Positions 51,900 to 64,000 of a DNA stretch of 64,000 nt are shown one piece after another. The position numbers and the translations under genes were made by a program. The DNA is from Adineta vaga (lineage: Eukaryota > Animalia > Rotifera), in assembly GCA_021613535.1 (NCBI GenBank), contig CP075493.1, forward strand, positions 7,812,001 to 7,876,000, given 5' to 3'. Numbering within the stretch: the first letter of the stretch is position 1; each line of letters opens with the position of its first letter. The notes beneath the pieces are model-generated. The model was not told the DNA's origin. It worked only from the letters and a program-made list of their open reading frames with translations, and made no database searches.

Positions 51900-53439
51900 C
51901 TGGTAAAGCCCCACCCATATTGATGCATTCCCGCCTTGAGGCAATCAAGGAAAAAGAGAGGGAGAGAGAAAAGTATGTTCGTGCAACACTGGCTTCATCG
52001 CATCATATTTGATCGGCTATCCATCTATTTAACTATCTCTCTAGTGAGAGAGAGAGAAATGAGTATTGCATGCTTGTGCGTGCCAATTAGTGCGTCGATC
52101 TGTAAACAACATCGAATGTCTTTCTCTTTCTCATTCTATATATCACATACAGTTAAACCCATCGGCGCCGGTATGGATGCACAGAAGATAAGAGATCAAG
52201 TGCCTACATGTGTTTGCCTGTTTCGCTTTTTTGCTCACGACATATACATTGGCCAATTGCCTAGAGGAAATCTTAGAAAAGTAGAAAGTCTATCATTATA
52301 TAAATTGATCAGATAGTTTATCTTTTCAAGACATAAGATAGAACAACAGTATAAATTGTTAGTGTTGAATCTGGTCGTTTTTATCTTTTCTTTTTTCTTT
52401 TATAAACAAATAGCGATGATTGCTTGCTAATCATACTTTTCTACACTCATGACAGACAATATCAACGAAAGTTTGAATTAGAAAAGAAACATAGCATTAA
52501 ATTTTGTTAATTATAACAATATATTTAAGTTGTTCATTTTCTTTTCTTACTTATTTAAAACAAAATTGTCTTGACTAACATGCAATATATTCTTCTTCCT
52601 TTTTTCATTTATTTATATTGTTCTTTGAGAAAAAAAACAAATGCTTCGTTGCATAATTTCTTTTCTTAAATTATTAAACCATTTGTCTTCCGGCAAAAAT
52701 GTGTTGTGTACTCCTCACATATATACATACATCTCAATAAGCAGTCATAGAAGTCAAATAAAAAATAGAGAAACTACTAACGTACATTTCTTTTTCTATT
52801 CACTCCTATCCGTTTTCCTTTTTTTCTACATGACAGCAATTAGTAACATCTTTCAAACTAAGTAATAATTGTTAATGGCTTTTCCATCTTGGCTTTTTTT
52901 TCTTTTTTCCCTCTCTCTCTCTCTTGACATCTAGTTACAGAAGATCCACCTTGAATAGATGAGATAAAACATAAGATAAGCCGATCGTAGTCACACAAGG
53001 GACATATACATTTTATAGGCCGGATATAGCCATAGCAATCTTCTCTTGATTCTCGTTTTTTTTTCTTGAATGCATATGTTTGTCAATCAAATCCCTCTGG
53101 TCAAAAAGAAAGAAAAAGAAGAAAAAAAATGAGAGAAGAAAGATTGAGAGAGAGAGAGGGTCATCTATTTTGATGAAAGTATGTCTGGATGTGCGTGTAC
53201 ACATTCCTTACTCATGCACATTCTTACTAGAAAAGATTGCATCATTGCCATATTATTATCAATATATAAATTGAGAATCTCAGCTAGGTACATATATACC
53301 TGAACCCTGGATAGATTGACGTATATTATTAGTCATCAATTACTCTCCATTCTTTTCTCTGCTACGTTCTACTTTTTTCAATTTATGTGGCGTTTAATGT
53401 GTGCATATATGTGCGTGTATACTTTAGGTAAATTTACTT

Positions 53440-53470
<31 letters not shown>

Positions 53471-55650
53471 TTGTGCTATTTACTACCAACATCGCCATCA
53501 AGACGCTGATACTTGTCAGAGCTTGTTTTGATCGTGAACGTTATATTCTTTCGTTCGATCCGACATCCATCACATTGTTTTGTGAGGTATTAAGAATATG
53601 TCAAGAATAGAAAGGTAACACGAGCATGCCTTTCTCTCTCTCTCTTTCTCGTTCTAATATGATGCCTCGTTTGCAATGAACCAATTCAATGATAAGTCTA
53701 GAATGAAACTAATACGACAAGAGTATTACCATTAAGCGAGAACATTAGTACACTGTTGGTGATCACCGGTTGATCGTTAACTCTCTCTCTCTCTCTTTAC
53801 TCGATTGCCCATTCAATTTCCCATTACGAGTCGTTCATCGCATTCTTTCATCGATTTAAAGTAGGTCGAACTAGTCCCTCTCTTCTTTGTACTTCTTCTA
53901 TTGAAATGTGAGTCATTATACTACATACTCATAAGCTAAGCTTTGAAAGTATATTTGAATGGAGATAAAGACATATAGGTATATATATATATATAAGTTA
54001 TCTTTCATTTTTTGACAATATAAACTGCTTTTCGTTCTTTTTTCTATGTACATTGCTTTCGTACGTATAATGCATTGGCAGAAGACCAAGCGTACATGTA
54101 TGTGTATGTTTAATCGTTTATCTTGTCTCTCTCTCTCTTTTCACATCTAGTATACAAATTGTTATACATAAAGTGATACGTGACGTAAAAGATACTGTTG
54201 TATGATCAAAGAAAAGGTTTGAAAAACGGATCGTTTATTCGTTTTTGGCTTAGTGCCAGTAAACAGTAACATATGTGTTGAATACAATCGTTTTTCCGAA
54301 CTATTATTAGTTGGAGATGATGTGCGTATGTGCGTGCGCATCTGATTTGTTTCCATTCTATTTTTCCCCTTTTCTATAGTAGTATTGCCTACTGATTTGT
54401 ATGTATGTATGTATGTATGTGTGTCTGTGTCTCTTCTTCTTTTTCTTCTTCTTCTCATTTATCATCTGAGCACACAGGAAATGTGCGAAAAAAGATTAAA
54501 TGAAAAAGAAAAAAGCGCACGAGAAAGAAAGAGAAACAGAGAGAAAAAAGAAGGAGAAAGCGAATTCTTTAGTAAGTAGTAACAGCAACAGCAGCAGCGC
54601 GATGCCACTTTTGACGTGTCTCTAGACACTCATACATACATACATATATATATGTATATACAGTTATTATTAAGGCGGCGTGCACATATCAGAGCTACTC
54701 ATCTTGTCAAACTAGCCGTGAATGTATATGTTGTACACCAGATGTGACTATTGTTTTTTATCAATGAGCTATCTACTCTCTCTCTCTCTCAATATATATT
54801 TGATCAAATCTTATATTCCAATGTTTGTTCGTATTTCTTTTTTTTTGCTATACTTAATAACTCTCATTCTCTCTTTCCCTCCCTATCGTGTACTTGGCGT
54901 TTTATATTATTAGAAATTGGTTTGCTCTCTCATTCGCTTGCTCGATTGTAGTAGTGTGCATGCATTTGCGTTGTTTTCAAGCATATAAAGGCGTGCCGCA
55001 ATGGTAATAGTGGCAGCGGTAACGATTACTACTACAACGAATGAATATATAAATAGAATGAGAAAGAAAGAAAGAAAGAAGGAGAGGGAGAGAGAAGGTA
55101 AAGAAATGGTAGCTTGTGTTCTGAATAGTAAAGTTGTCAAATTGATTTCGTAGTTGCACACATGCGTATACATATATAGAGTTCTCTTCTTTCAATCATC
55201 AGTGTATACCTCTATAGAGAACACAAGGTGTTAAATATATCTTCTGTTTTTTTTAAATTTATTTTAATATACATATATAAACACCTTCTTGTTCGATTAC
55301 TTCTTATCTTTAACCTTTTTCTTTTGGCGATATAAGTATGTTTATTTTTATTAAGTACGTAAAAAAAGAAATATATGTATATATACATGAAATTATAGTA
55401 TAAGATCACGTTGAATTGCGCGCCCCCTCTCGTTATGATTATTCTTCTTCGTCATCATATTCCCGTTTACTACTACTGCCTGCCGACCGGCGACAATATG
55501 TCGTCGTTCGTCTTCATTGTCCAATCAAGCCAGTTCTGACTCATCCCTATTCCTTTTTTCTCTCTCCTTGTTATTATTATTATTATTATTGATGTTGTTT
55601 TTATTGTTGACGATATTTTTTCATTTGTTTTTAGATAATATTTGAAAAAT
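51900..55650. repeat. Non-coding region rich in short microsatellites ((GA/CT)n, (AT)n, (ATGT)n, (TTA)n) upstream of FRAT
   Basis: Many short runs, e.g. near 52045, 52910, 53145, 53440, 53630, 53780, 54125, 54400, 54775 and 55570. The ORFs here are low-complexity by-products. Confidence 0.65.
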
Positions 55651-55738
55651 GTTCATCAATGATTGATTATCATTTTCGTTTCGTACTGCTTGGCAGTTCT
55701 TAGTTGATGATTCTTGTCTATATCTTATCTTATTATCA

Positions 55739-56594
55739 ATGTATTCTATCGATCGTACATCTCCAATTCCAATTGAAAGTCATTCATTAATGTCGAATGA
55801 AACTGAACCTGAAATAGAATCATCCACGCCTGAATTAAATTTACTATTGGTAAATAGCTATATTTTTAAAATATCATGATGCTTATATTTGACATATATT
55901 CCAGGATAAATTAACAGAAATACTTCGATTTCGTTCGGGTTGTCGTCGACATCTTGGTCATCATCATCATCATCATCATCAGCAACAAGAACAAACGCAA
56001 CCAAATTCTTCAACAACAACAGCAACAACAAATTTAAAACGTTTACAATCTGGCAGTATTGAACCATTACATACCAATACATCCGATGTTTCATTAACAG
56101 GTGCATGGAAATCATCAAATATTCATCATAAATCATCTACTTCAAAACGTTCATTAAATCATCATCATTTGAATTGTCCAAATAATGATAAAAAACGTCG
56201 TTTACCAAGTTTATTACAACGATTAATTGATGAAGGTAATTTAATCAAAGAGGCAGTACGACGTCTAAAAACTCAACGTTTTTCACATTCATACAAACAA
56301 CAACAGCAAACAAATATTGCTAATACACCATCAACACCAACGACGAAATCTTCTTCACATACACTTCCGAATGTAGCCTTATCTTCAGCAAGTATTAATA
56401 TTCCTCAACAATTAAGTGATCCACCGACACAGACAACATCTTCACCAAGTCGTGGAATATCTTGGTTCTTATCATCAAGTGTTTTTGGTGCAACAAATCA
56501 CAGTAGTAGTGGAAGTGGTTCACCACTCCGTAATTGTTGTTCATCAAGTACACATGACCGAACACCGATGGAAATTGGTACCCATGAAGGATGA
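55739..56594 (+). CDS. FRAT: FRAT/GBP GSK-3-binding protein. Exons 55739-55849, 55905-56594
   Basis: GSK3-binding motif LLQRLIDEGNLIKEAVRRL (vertebrate LLQQLVLSGNLIKEAVRRL). An N-terminal box LNLLL|DKLTEILRF resembles the FRAT VDRLVAQIGETLQL box. A 55-nt phase-0 GT-AG intron joins the exons in frame. Confidence 0.88.
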
Positions 56595-58364
56595 AACTAT
56601 AGACTATTATTCAAGCGTTTTTTATGTAAAAAGCAATATTTGTTTGTTTTCACGTTATTGATACTTCCCTTGATTGACTTTTACTCCATATACTCCTGTG
56701 TCAAGTCCCGCTGAGCAAAATTCTTCTCACCGGTTTTTCTTTTCATTATTACTCTATATCTCGTTGTCTCTCTATTCATCATCAATTATAATACATGTAT
56801 ATGTATACATTCCTGTTTTGTTCTATTTGTTGTAAATAACATGGCATACTTCTTCGTCATGTTCTTCTTTTCTTTTTTATTTCAACTGTTATTACTGTAC
56901 GTCTAACAGTATATCAGTGTATTATTATCATCTTGTATTATTCGACCATATATACACAGAAATGAACAACCCGGTTGTTTTTATCACTGCATATTACTAT
57001 GAAGAGTTAGTTGCATACACGCGCTTTTGTTCACCTTGTGTCTCAGGTATCATATTCATTTTCATTTTCTTTGGCTTGCTTACGTGTTTGTTGTTGTTGT
57101 TGCTGCTGATGTACCTTTTTGCTCTATTTTGCCTTGTTCTCTATCTTTCGTTTTTTTTTAGTACTCCTTTATCTCTCGTTCTTTCTTTCTTTCTTTATTC
57201 TCTTTTTGCTTCCACGCGCGTGCAAATGCATTACTTTTTTTGCACCGTGTGCAACTAAATATAAACATGAACTGCATATTAAACGAGTTTCAAGTAAATT
57301 GATTCTGAGAAAGAACAAAACATAAAACGATTGCATGCAATGATATTTTTGAAAAAACCTTCAAAATAAAAGATCGAAAAATACAATGAAAGGAAAATTA
57401 TCTTATTCATTATTCTCTTAAAAGAAGAAACCGACGATGCGACATATGGGATAAAAATAAATATTCTTATCGATGAATTGAAGTACGTAGATATTCAATG
57501 ATAATATAATCGAGAAAGAGAAGAGATTTTCTTGAACTTCATTAGTGGACCAAAAATAATCTGATGAAGAAATCTATCCGTCCGGAAATGAATATTTTAC
57601 AGTTGTCTATCAAGGAAAAAGTATTTCCCTTGTGTATTTCAGAAAAGAAAAAAATATGAATTGTTGTGCTGTTTATTGAATTTTTCTATTAAAAACTATA
57701 ATAAATTCATATTCAATATTTGTTTATATCAAGATCTACTTAAAACTTTTATTGATTAAAAGGAGAGGAGAAAACGAATAATTGAAGATTTTTCGTTTCA
57801 TTTTTACTTCAATTACTGATCATATTGTGTTGCAAAATAGAGAAAACGTTATCTTGAATATGTTGAGTGTGTCTTTCAGTCAAAGTCAAATAGTAAAGAG
57901 TGTTTTATAAATGATCTTCAAACATTCACCAGTTTCACTTATGTACACAACGATAAAAATATTCATTGTGTATATTTATCATCTGGTAACCAAGGACATA
58001 CGTAGTTTTCCAAACAATTACTAGAAATCATTAGTTTAAAAAGAATAAAAAGATCAACAGAGAGATCATTTGTCAAGTTTGTGAATTCATGAAATATAAC
58101 AGTTTAATTTAAAATTTGTTAGAATCATTCTTGTAGATGATTTATATTTCATAATAAAATGGTAATCAACATTCTTTTACAAAACATGTTTTATTTAAAC
58201 TATGAAAAGTATGTTGCTGAATTTATAGAGATTGAATAGAAGGGGATGACAAATGAAAATAGACTGAATGAATGTATTTTGAATTAACAGAACTATTCTA
58301 GAAAGATGCTTCGAATAAAGTTATCTATATAACCGATGTTGAAGAACTGAAGTTTGAGAAAAAC

Positions 58365-60207
58365 TTAAATTGGTAATTCAAATTGAACAGCTATTGAAGC
58401 AGATCGAGCCAAACTAACAATCTGAGCAAGTTTAACAACCTTGCAAGGAAAAAATATAATATTAATCAATGATAGAAATCTCTTCTTACTAATCGAGCAC
58501 CATCATCTAAATCATCACAAGGAAGAATTTTAAATTGACTTGTAGCAATAATTGCTTTGGCATCATCAACTCGTGTTCCTAAGGAATATTTAATATGAAT
58601 AAATAATATTAAAAAGTCATTTACCTTGTAATCGAACAACAATTGGTATGGTTAATTTAAGTTCTTTGGCAGCTGCAACGATGCCTTGTGCAATAACATC
58701 ACATCGCATAATGCCTCCAAAAATATTCACAAACACAGCTTGAACCTAATGGAATAGAACAAAATCATTAGACTGATACATTCATAAAACGTTTCTTTTT
58801 CTTCTCGAGACATACGCGTGGATCAGCAGTGATTAATTCAAAGGCATCTTTCACTTGAGCAGCCGAAGCACCACCACCAACATCAAGAAAATTAGCTGGA
58901 TTACCTCCATGTAATTTAATGATATCCATAGTTGCCATAGCTAAACCAGCACCATTAACAAGACATCCAATTTCACCATCGAGACCAATATAATTCAAAT
59001 TTGATTCTTCAGCTTTAACATCACGCCAATCTTTCTGCGTATTATCTTTTTGATTAAAAACAGCATGTTGTCGATATTCTGAATTATCATCCACGTTAAT
59101 CTTACAATCCATACCTATGAACATGAAACTGTTCATACATAAGAAAATATAAAATCTTTCTACGAACAATAGATTTTTCCATCTGCACCTTCTGTTAATG
59201 GATTGATTTCTAAGAGAATAATATCTTTTTCAATAAAGAGCTTGTATAATTTCATCATTGTGTCCGCTGCCTTGAAAAAGAATTGAGTAATATAAGAATA
59301 TGGTAAAAACAGAGAGAGAAAACAAAAGAGAATCAACAAACTTCTTGAAGAGCTTCATTACGAAATCCAAGCCTTTCGGCGATATTCAATGCATCGTTGA
59401 GTTCAAGACCTGTATGAATATCAATCGGATGATGGATGATCGCGTCTGGATGTTCCACCGCTATCTCTTCAATATGACTTCCGCCTTGAGTAGAAGTAAT
59501 AATGACTGGTCCATCAAAACGTCGTTCTAATGCCACTAAAATATGAGTACAGATTTGAATTAAATTCGAAATAAAATTCAATACTTACAAGCAAAATAAT
59601 ATTCTCGTCGTGTAAATAATTTTTCACACAAAATCAATTTATTAACAGGTTTTCCTTCACGACCTGTTTGTTTAGTATATAAACGATGACCTAACATTTT
59701 CGATGCGACTTGTTTTGCTTCATCGGGTCTAGAAAATATAAGTATGCATTCTGATTCAATTTGAAATAGAAAAAAATAAATGATAGTTACGAATAAGTCA
59801 TTTTCACACCACCTTTAAGTCCTGTATCGAATGTACCTTTACCTCGACCACCAGCAAGAATTTGTGCTTTGATAACAAGATCATTGCCAAGTTCTTAGAA
59901 ATGTGATTTAAATGAAAATAAATATATTTGTTCGACAATCATTGTTCAAACCTTGACTACTAGCAATATGATAGACTTGATCAGGAGTTTCAGCTACACG
60001 ATATTTAGGAACACGAATACCAGCTTCTTCCAATAAACCCATCGAAACATATTCATGAAGTAATAAATAGAAACGTTTCTGTGTTATTGATATAGATTTA
60101 ATTGATGCAGGTGCCAGCTAAATATCGATTCAAAATATAGACACGTTGTTTATATTCTTCGAAAAGTTATTATTTACTTTGAATAAAGAATTGCGAATAA
60201 AAGCCAT
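58365..60207 (-). CDS. SUCLA2: Succinyl-CoA ligase beta subunit, ADP-forming, multi-exon
   Basis: [57 protein letters not shown], and the SUCLA2-type [16 protein letters not shown] and [13 protein letters not shown]. Confidence 0.96.
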
Positions 60208-60854
60208 TTCTTTGATCCACAATTAAATCAAATTTATAAAAGATCAAATGGCACTCAAAATATTCTACTACTATCACTACTCATATGTTTGATGTTCGAT
60301 TCGCTTATGGTATTATCAATTGAGTTTATACAACAGAGGTCGCTCAACGACTACTAAGATCAATTCCATGTATATAGTGAGAAAAGATTTTTGTTTTAAA
60401 ATGCAATTTTAAGACAATCGCAGTTCATTCTAACACCTTACATCGTCCAATCAGATATTCTTAAGCTTCATCTGTTATCTTTTGGCCTGATGTATACCCA
60501 TTTTCAGCTGTCACTCGAGGAATGAAAAACCACAAGATGATCAAGTGGAAAAAAATCAATGTTTCATTTCTATTTTTCTTTCTTCTTTCGATTACCCTGC
60601 ATTTTTTCTCTGATTGTGCGTCAACTGTCTGCTTGTATTTCCTCCTTGATTTTTCATACTCATCTGGTGCGTCTTTCAATACTACACATAAACAAAACTG
60701 AGTACCAATAGCTAATGTACGCTATGTAATCGATAAGAAATAATCATTTTTGATCAGAGAGGAAAATACGAAAGAATTCTTTTCGTGTTTTTGGATGGTC
60801 AGTAGAAGATTAATTATTGATCATAAAATCCAATGTCTGATATTCGTTTCAATT

Positions 60855-62492
60855 ATGTCTAATTCAATACGATCCGATTCTTATTCTGAATCTGTCAAAC
60901 GAGGTATTCATCCTCTAACAACATCACCAATCATACCACAACGACGATCAGCAACAACAGGAAATGTTAATCGAACATCTGCTTATTTTCCATCGATGTC
61001 TAATCTATCTTCAAATTCCAGATCTGCTACAATATCAGCTAGTAAAAACATTTCTTCATTAATTTTCTCATTAAAATTAATCTCAATGAGAATTTTTTTT
61101 TAGTTGTTACTCCAGCATCTAGTCATCAACGTCTTCCAAATCTACGACATACCATGGAAATACATTCGAAAAAATCAATTAATATTCCAAAAGTAAAACC
61201 ACCACGTGAAGTTGCACTTCGTGTTAAATTTATTCGTCTTGGAGAAGTAAGTATTTGTCTTTTCTTTCGACATCTATTGATTAATTTATCGTAAAAAAAC
61301 TCATAGGTCAATACATTACATGAAAAATTTTATGCTGAAGTTGTTATTGAAGCACGATGGTTATATGATCCTGAAGCAGCATCTTGGAATCCAAATCTTT
61401 ACGTTAAAAATGCACTCGGTGATATAAAACAAGAAGTTGCAAATGAATTTGTCAATCATTTAGATGAACCTGTAACTCTCATAATAAAGATAATGGTGTT
61501 GTTTACGTATGGGAAATACGAAAAGTTGTTGGAACATTCTGGGAAAAATTAGAATTGAATAGTTTTCCAGCTGATGTTCAACAATTATCATTACAAATTG
61601 TTACAAGATGTCCAATTGAAGAATGTGTCCTCGTTGAAAATCGTTTTCAACCATCGATGGTTAATCGTGAAGCTTTTCTTGGTAATTTAAATTCGTTTTT
61701 TCATCAATACATATATGTATATATATATATCAATGATTTTGTAGCACAACAAGAATGGTTTCTCTACGAACATATTGAAACACGTTCAACGATAACAACT
61801 GAAGATTTTAGTTTTCGACCGATTCGTCAATCAACTTTTCTTGGTAAATTTACTAAATATCATTCAATATCGAGTATGTGCTTTATTTTGATTTTAGTAA
61901 CATGTTGTGTTGCACGTCGACCAGGATATTTCTATTGGAATGTTTATCTACTTATTTTCTTGATTACACTCATTGCTTTGACTGTTTATGGTGTTGCTCC
62001 TGAACATCCACAAAGTCGTCTTCAGATTACTTGTTCGTTTTCACAAACATCTTTTCCAGTAAATCTATTTACTCACTTCCTTTAGGTACACTTCTACTCA
62101 CATCGATCATGTTTCGTTGGTCGGTATCTCGTCTCCTTCCACCAGTATCCTATTTAACATTATTAGATAAATATACATTAATATCTTTAGTTTTTATTTC
62201 ACTTAATTCTATATGGCATTCAATAATTGGTTTTCTTATTCGACATACGGCCATATCAAAAATGATTGATTATTATGTTCTCAGTTTATTTACAGCATTT
62301 TTTCTTATTTATCATTTTCTAATGGCATTATTTTTATTTCAAGCATTACGTAGTCGACAAGTTATGCTTGAAAGTGACCGTCAATATGCATCGAAATTAG
62401 CTGGCATGTTTGAAACATTCGTACAAGGACATCATGCTGTACAACGTTTTCAAGAAAGACTAAATTCTAGTCGTACATCTCTATTTGTTTAG
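60855..62492 (+). CDS. Cys-less pentameric ligand-gated ion channel subunit; apparent frameshift near 61470
   Basis: LGE|VNTLHEKFYAEV.IEARW, WNPNLYVKN, GTFWEKLELNSFPADVQ (Pro-loop, no Cys pair), QQEW, RRPGYFYWN M1, M2 RLQITCTLLLTS, LPPVSYLTLLDKY M3, and a very short M3-M4 link. Confidence 0.88.
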
Positions 62493-62574
62493 CAGATCTA
62501 TTTTTTATTTTACACGAAAAAGAAAAGAAAAATACATACACACACACACATATATATATATCTATTATCTGGAT

Positions 62575-64000
62575 TTATTTTCGTTTATATATACATATCA
62601 GATTATTACTTGTAGTTAAACACAGATAAGTTTCATTGAGACTAGATGAAAGAAGACTAGGTGCTTGAGATGTTTTTGCTTGTGGCCAATTGATTTCATA
62701 ACGTTTATTTTCAAACGATGCTTTCTTTGTTTTCTTATTAATTGAATTCATACGAATTTGATGATAAAAAAATGATCCATGATCACTACCAAGAATACAT
62801 TCGAATGATGTATTACTCTTATCATTTTCATTCGTTGTTAAACATACAGCCATTTTCGTTGCAATTTGTCGATAAGGATTTGAAAGTGAAAGAGTCATAT
62901 GTAATTGTTGACTAGGAGGAAGAGATTGTTCAAGATCAAAGCAACATATTTGATCAAGACCAAGAATATTCATTGCTATTAAACGTGTTTGACCATTGAT
63001 TAAACGAATGGATTCAATATGTTCACCAACTGTACACATAGATTTCGGAAATGTTAATCGAATTGGAGTTTGTTCATGAATAACAAATAGACCGGAAGTT
63101 GTTCCAACTAAGAGAAGATTATTCTCTCTTGTTAATGGATAACATAATAGATCCGTTATACTAAGAATTGAATCATCAGCATTATCAAAGTAATAGACAT
63201 GTGTTGATGAAACTTTATGAGTTAATACAGTTGATTCGATGTAATCGAATTGAGCTGCTGGTTTACTTTGTTTACGAATATATGAGAGAAATCGATCGAG
63301 ATACGATTGAATATTCAATAAACGAACAGTATGAAATGAACCAATAATTAATGTAGATGAATTATTCGAATGCCATGTTAAACAACTAATTGATGAAGAC
63401 TAAATTTAAATAAAACAGTCAGGTAAAGATATATATATATCGAATGACTTTCGTCCTGTATCTCTTTTTCATTTCTATAAAAAGTTTCCATCAAAAGTTA
63501 CTTACAGGTAGTTCAATATGTCCAAACATAATTTTATATTTATGCGATATAAGATAGATATGTCCATTGGTTGCTCCGACAGCTAATATTTTATGATTTT
63601 CTTTTCCATCATTGACTTCAATCCAACATAAACATGAAAAATATTCTGTCGAATTGGTTCCATTCTTATCTTTTAATTTTCTTCCTGTTGTTGGCATTGC
63701 CGTTGAACGTAATGCTGATACTTCATAGAGATGAGTCACTTCACATGTATCACAATCAATAAAACACACTTTTTGTCCTCCACAAGTTGCTAAGATATGT
63801 TGTGTTGTATTCGGTTCGAATAATCCCATTCGAACAGCTATAGTTGTTAAATCATTTTCCGTTGTTTGATGACAACGAAGAAATTTTATCGGTTCAAAAT
63901 TTGTTTTAATATCCATCATATCATTGAATTCAGCAGTTAAATGTGTTCTTAAACTTTTCTTTGGTTGTTGTAATTTTGGTGCTGATATACAAAGTTCATC
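62575..64000 (-). CDS. LRWD1: LRWD1/ORCA-like WD40 protein; 5' part lies beyond the window end
   Basis: FEPIKFLRCH...FEP...LATCGGQKVCFIDC.TCEVTHLY...EYFSCLCW...ILAVG matches the start of the LRWD1 WD40 region. Downstream exons are divergent beta-propeller-like sequence. Confidence 0.72.

Noticed and set aside
51697-55409. Many 60-126 aa ORFs upstream of FRAT
   Set aside because: Translations of GA, AT and T-rich simple repeats on both strands; not gene-like.
56917-57325. Hydrophobic 113-aa and 68-aa ORFs downstream of FRAT
   Set aside because: T-rich 3'-UTR-like sequence gives spurious Phe/Leu-rich frames; non-ATG starts.
1-64000. CRISPR arrays, rRNA, tRNA, intact transposons and prokaryotic operons
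   Set aside because: No regularly spaced repeats, RNA-gene signatures, transposase/RT ORFs or long terminal repeats were seen by eye; the sequence is intron-rich animal DNA.

Overview
AT-rich, gene-dense eukaryotic (animal) DNA with many 50-65 nt GT-AG introns. The style and gene content fit a bdelloid rotifer (inference; not verifiable here). I can support about 25 protein-coding loci: Evx, BRD7/9, a PRA1-family gene, a YqcI/YcgG-like gene with RNASEH2B nested in its first intron on the same strand, two tandem claudin-like genes, an intronless caspase-fold protease, an MMP, TOGARAM1, an orphan ORF, ANKRD49, UBL3, ATAD5, FAM50, AGA, RCC1L, a neuropeptide-like precursor, a coactosin-like gene, GTPBP6, an MTMR10/12-like pseudophosphatase, ARMC5, FRAT/GBP, SUCLA2, a Cys-less pentameric ion channel and an LRWD1-like gene. 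I recognised no tRNA, rRNA, CRISPR array or intact transposon. The most notable item is the 7645-9595 locus: a membrane-anchored YqcI/YcgG-like (bacterial-type heme N-hydroxylase family) gene whose first intron contains all of RNASEH2B, with a TTTCAG acceptor at or just before each ATG, suggesting alternative cis/trans-splicing of one transcript. Also notable are the caspase-fold protease with an intact His/Cys dyad, an invertebrate FRAT with an intron, an orphan neuropeptide precursor, ATAD5 with a degenerate P-loop, an operon-like gene run and a recurrent oriented CTCF-like promoter motif. Family assignments come from motif recognition by eye, not from database searches, and exon boundaries were traced by hand.
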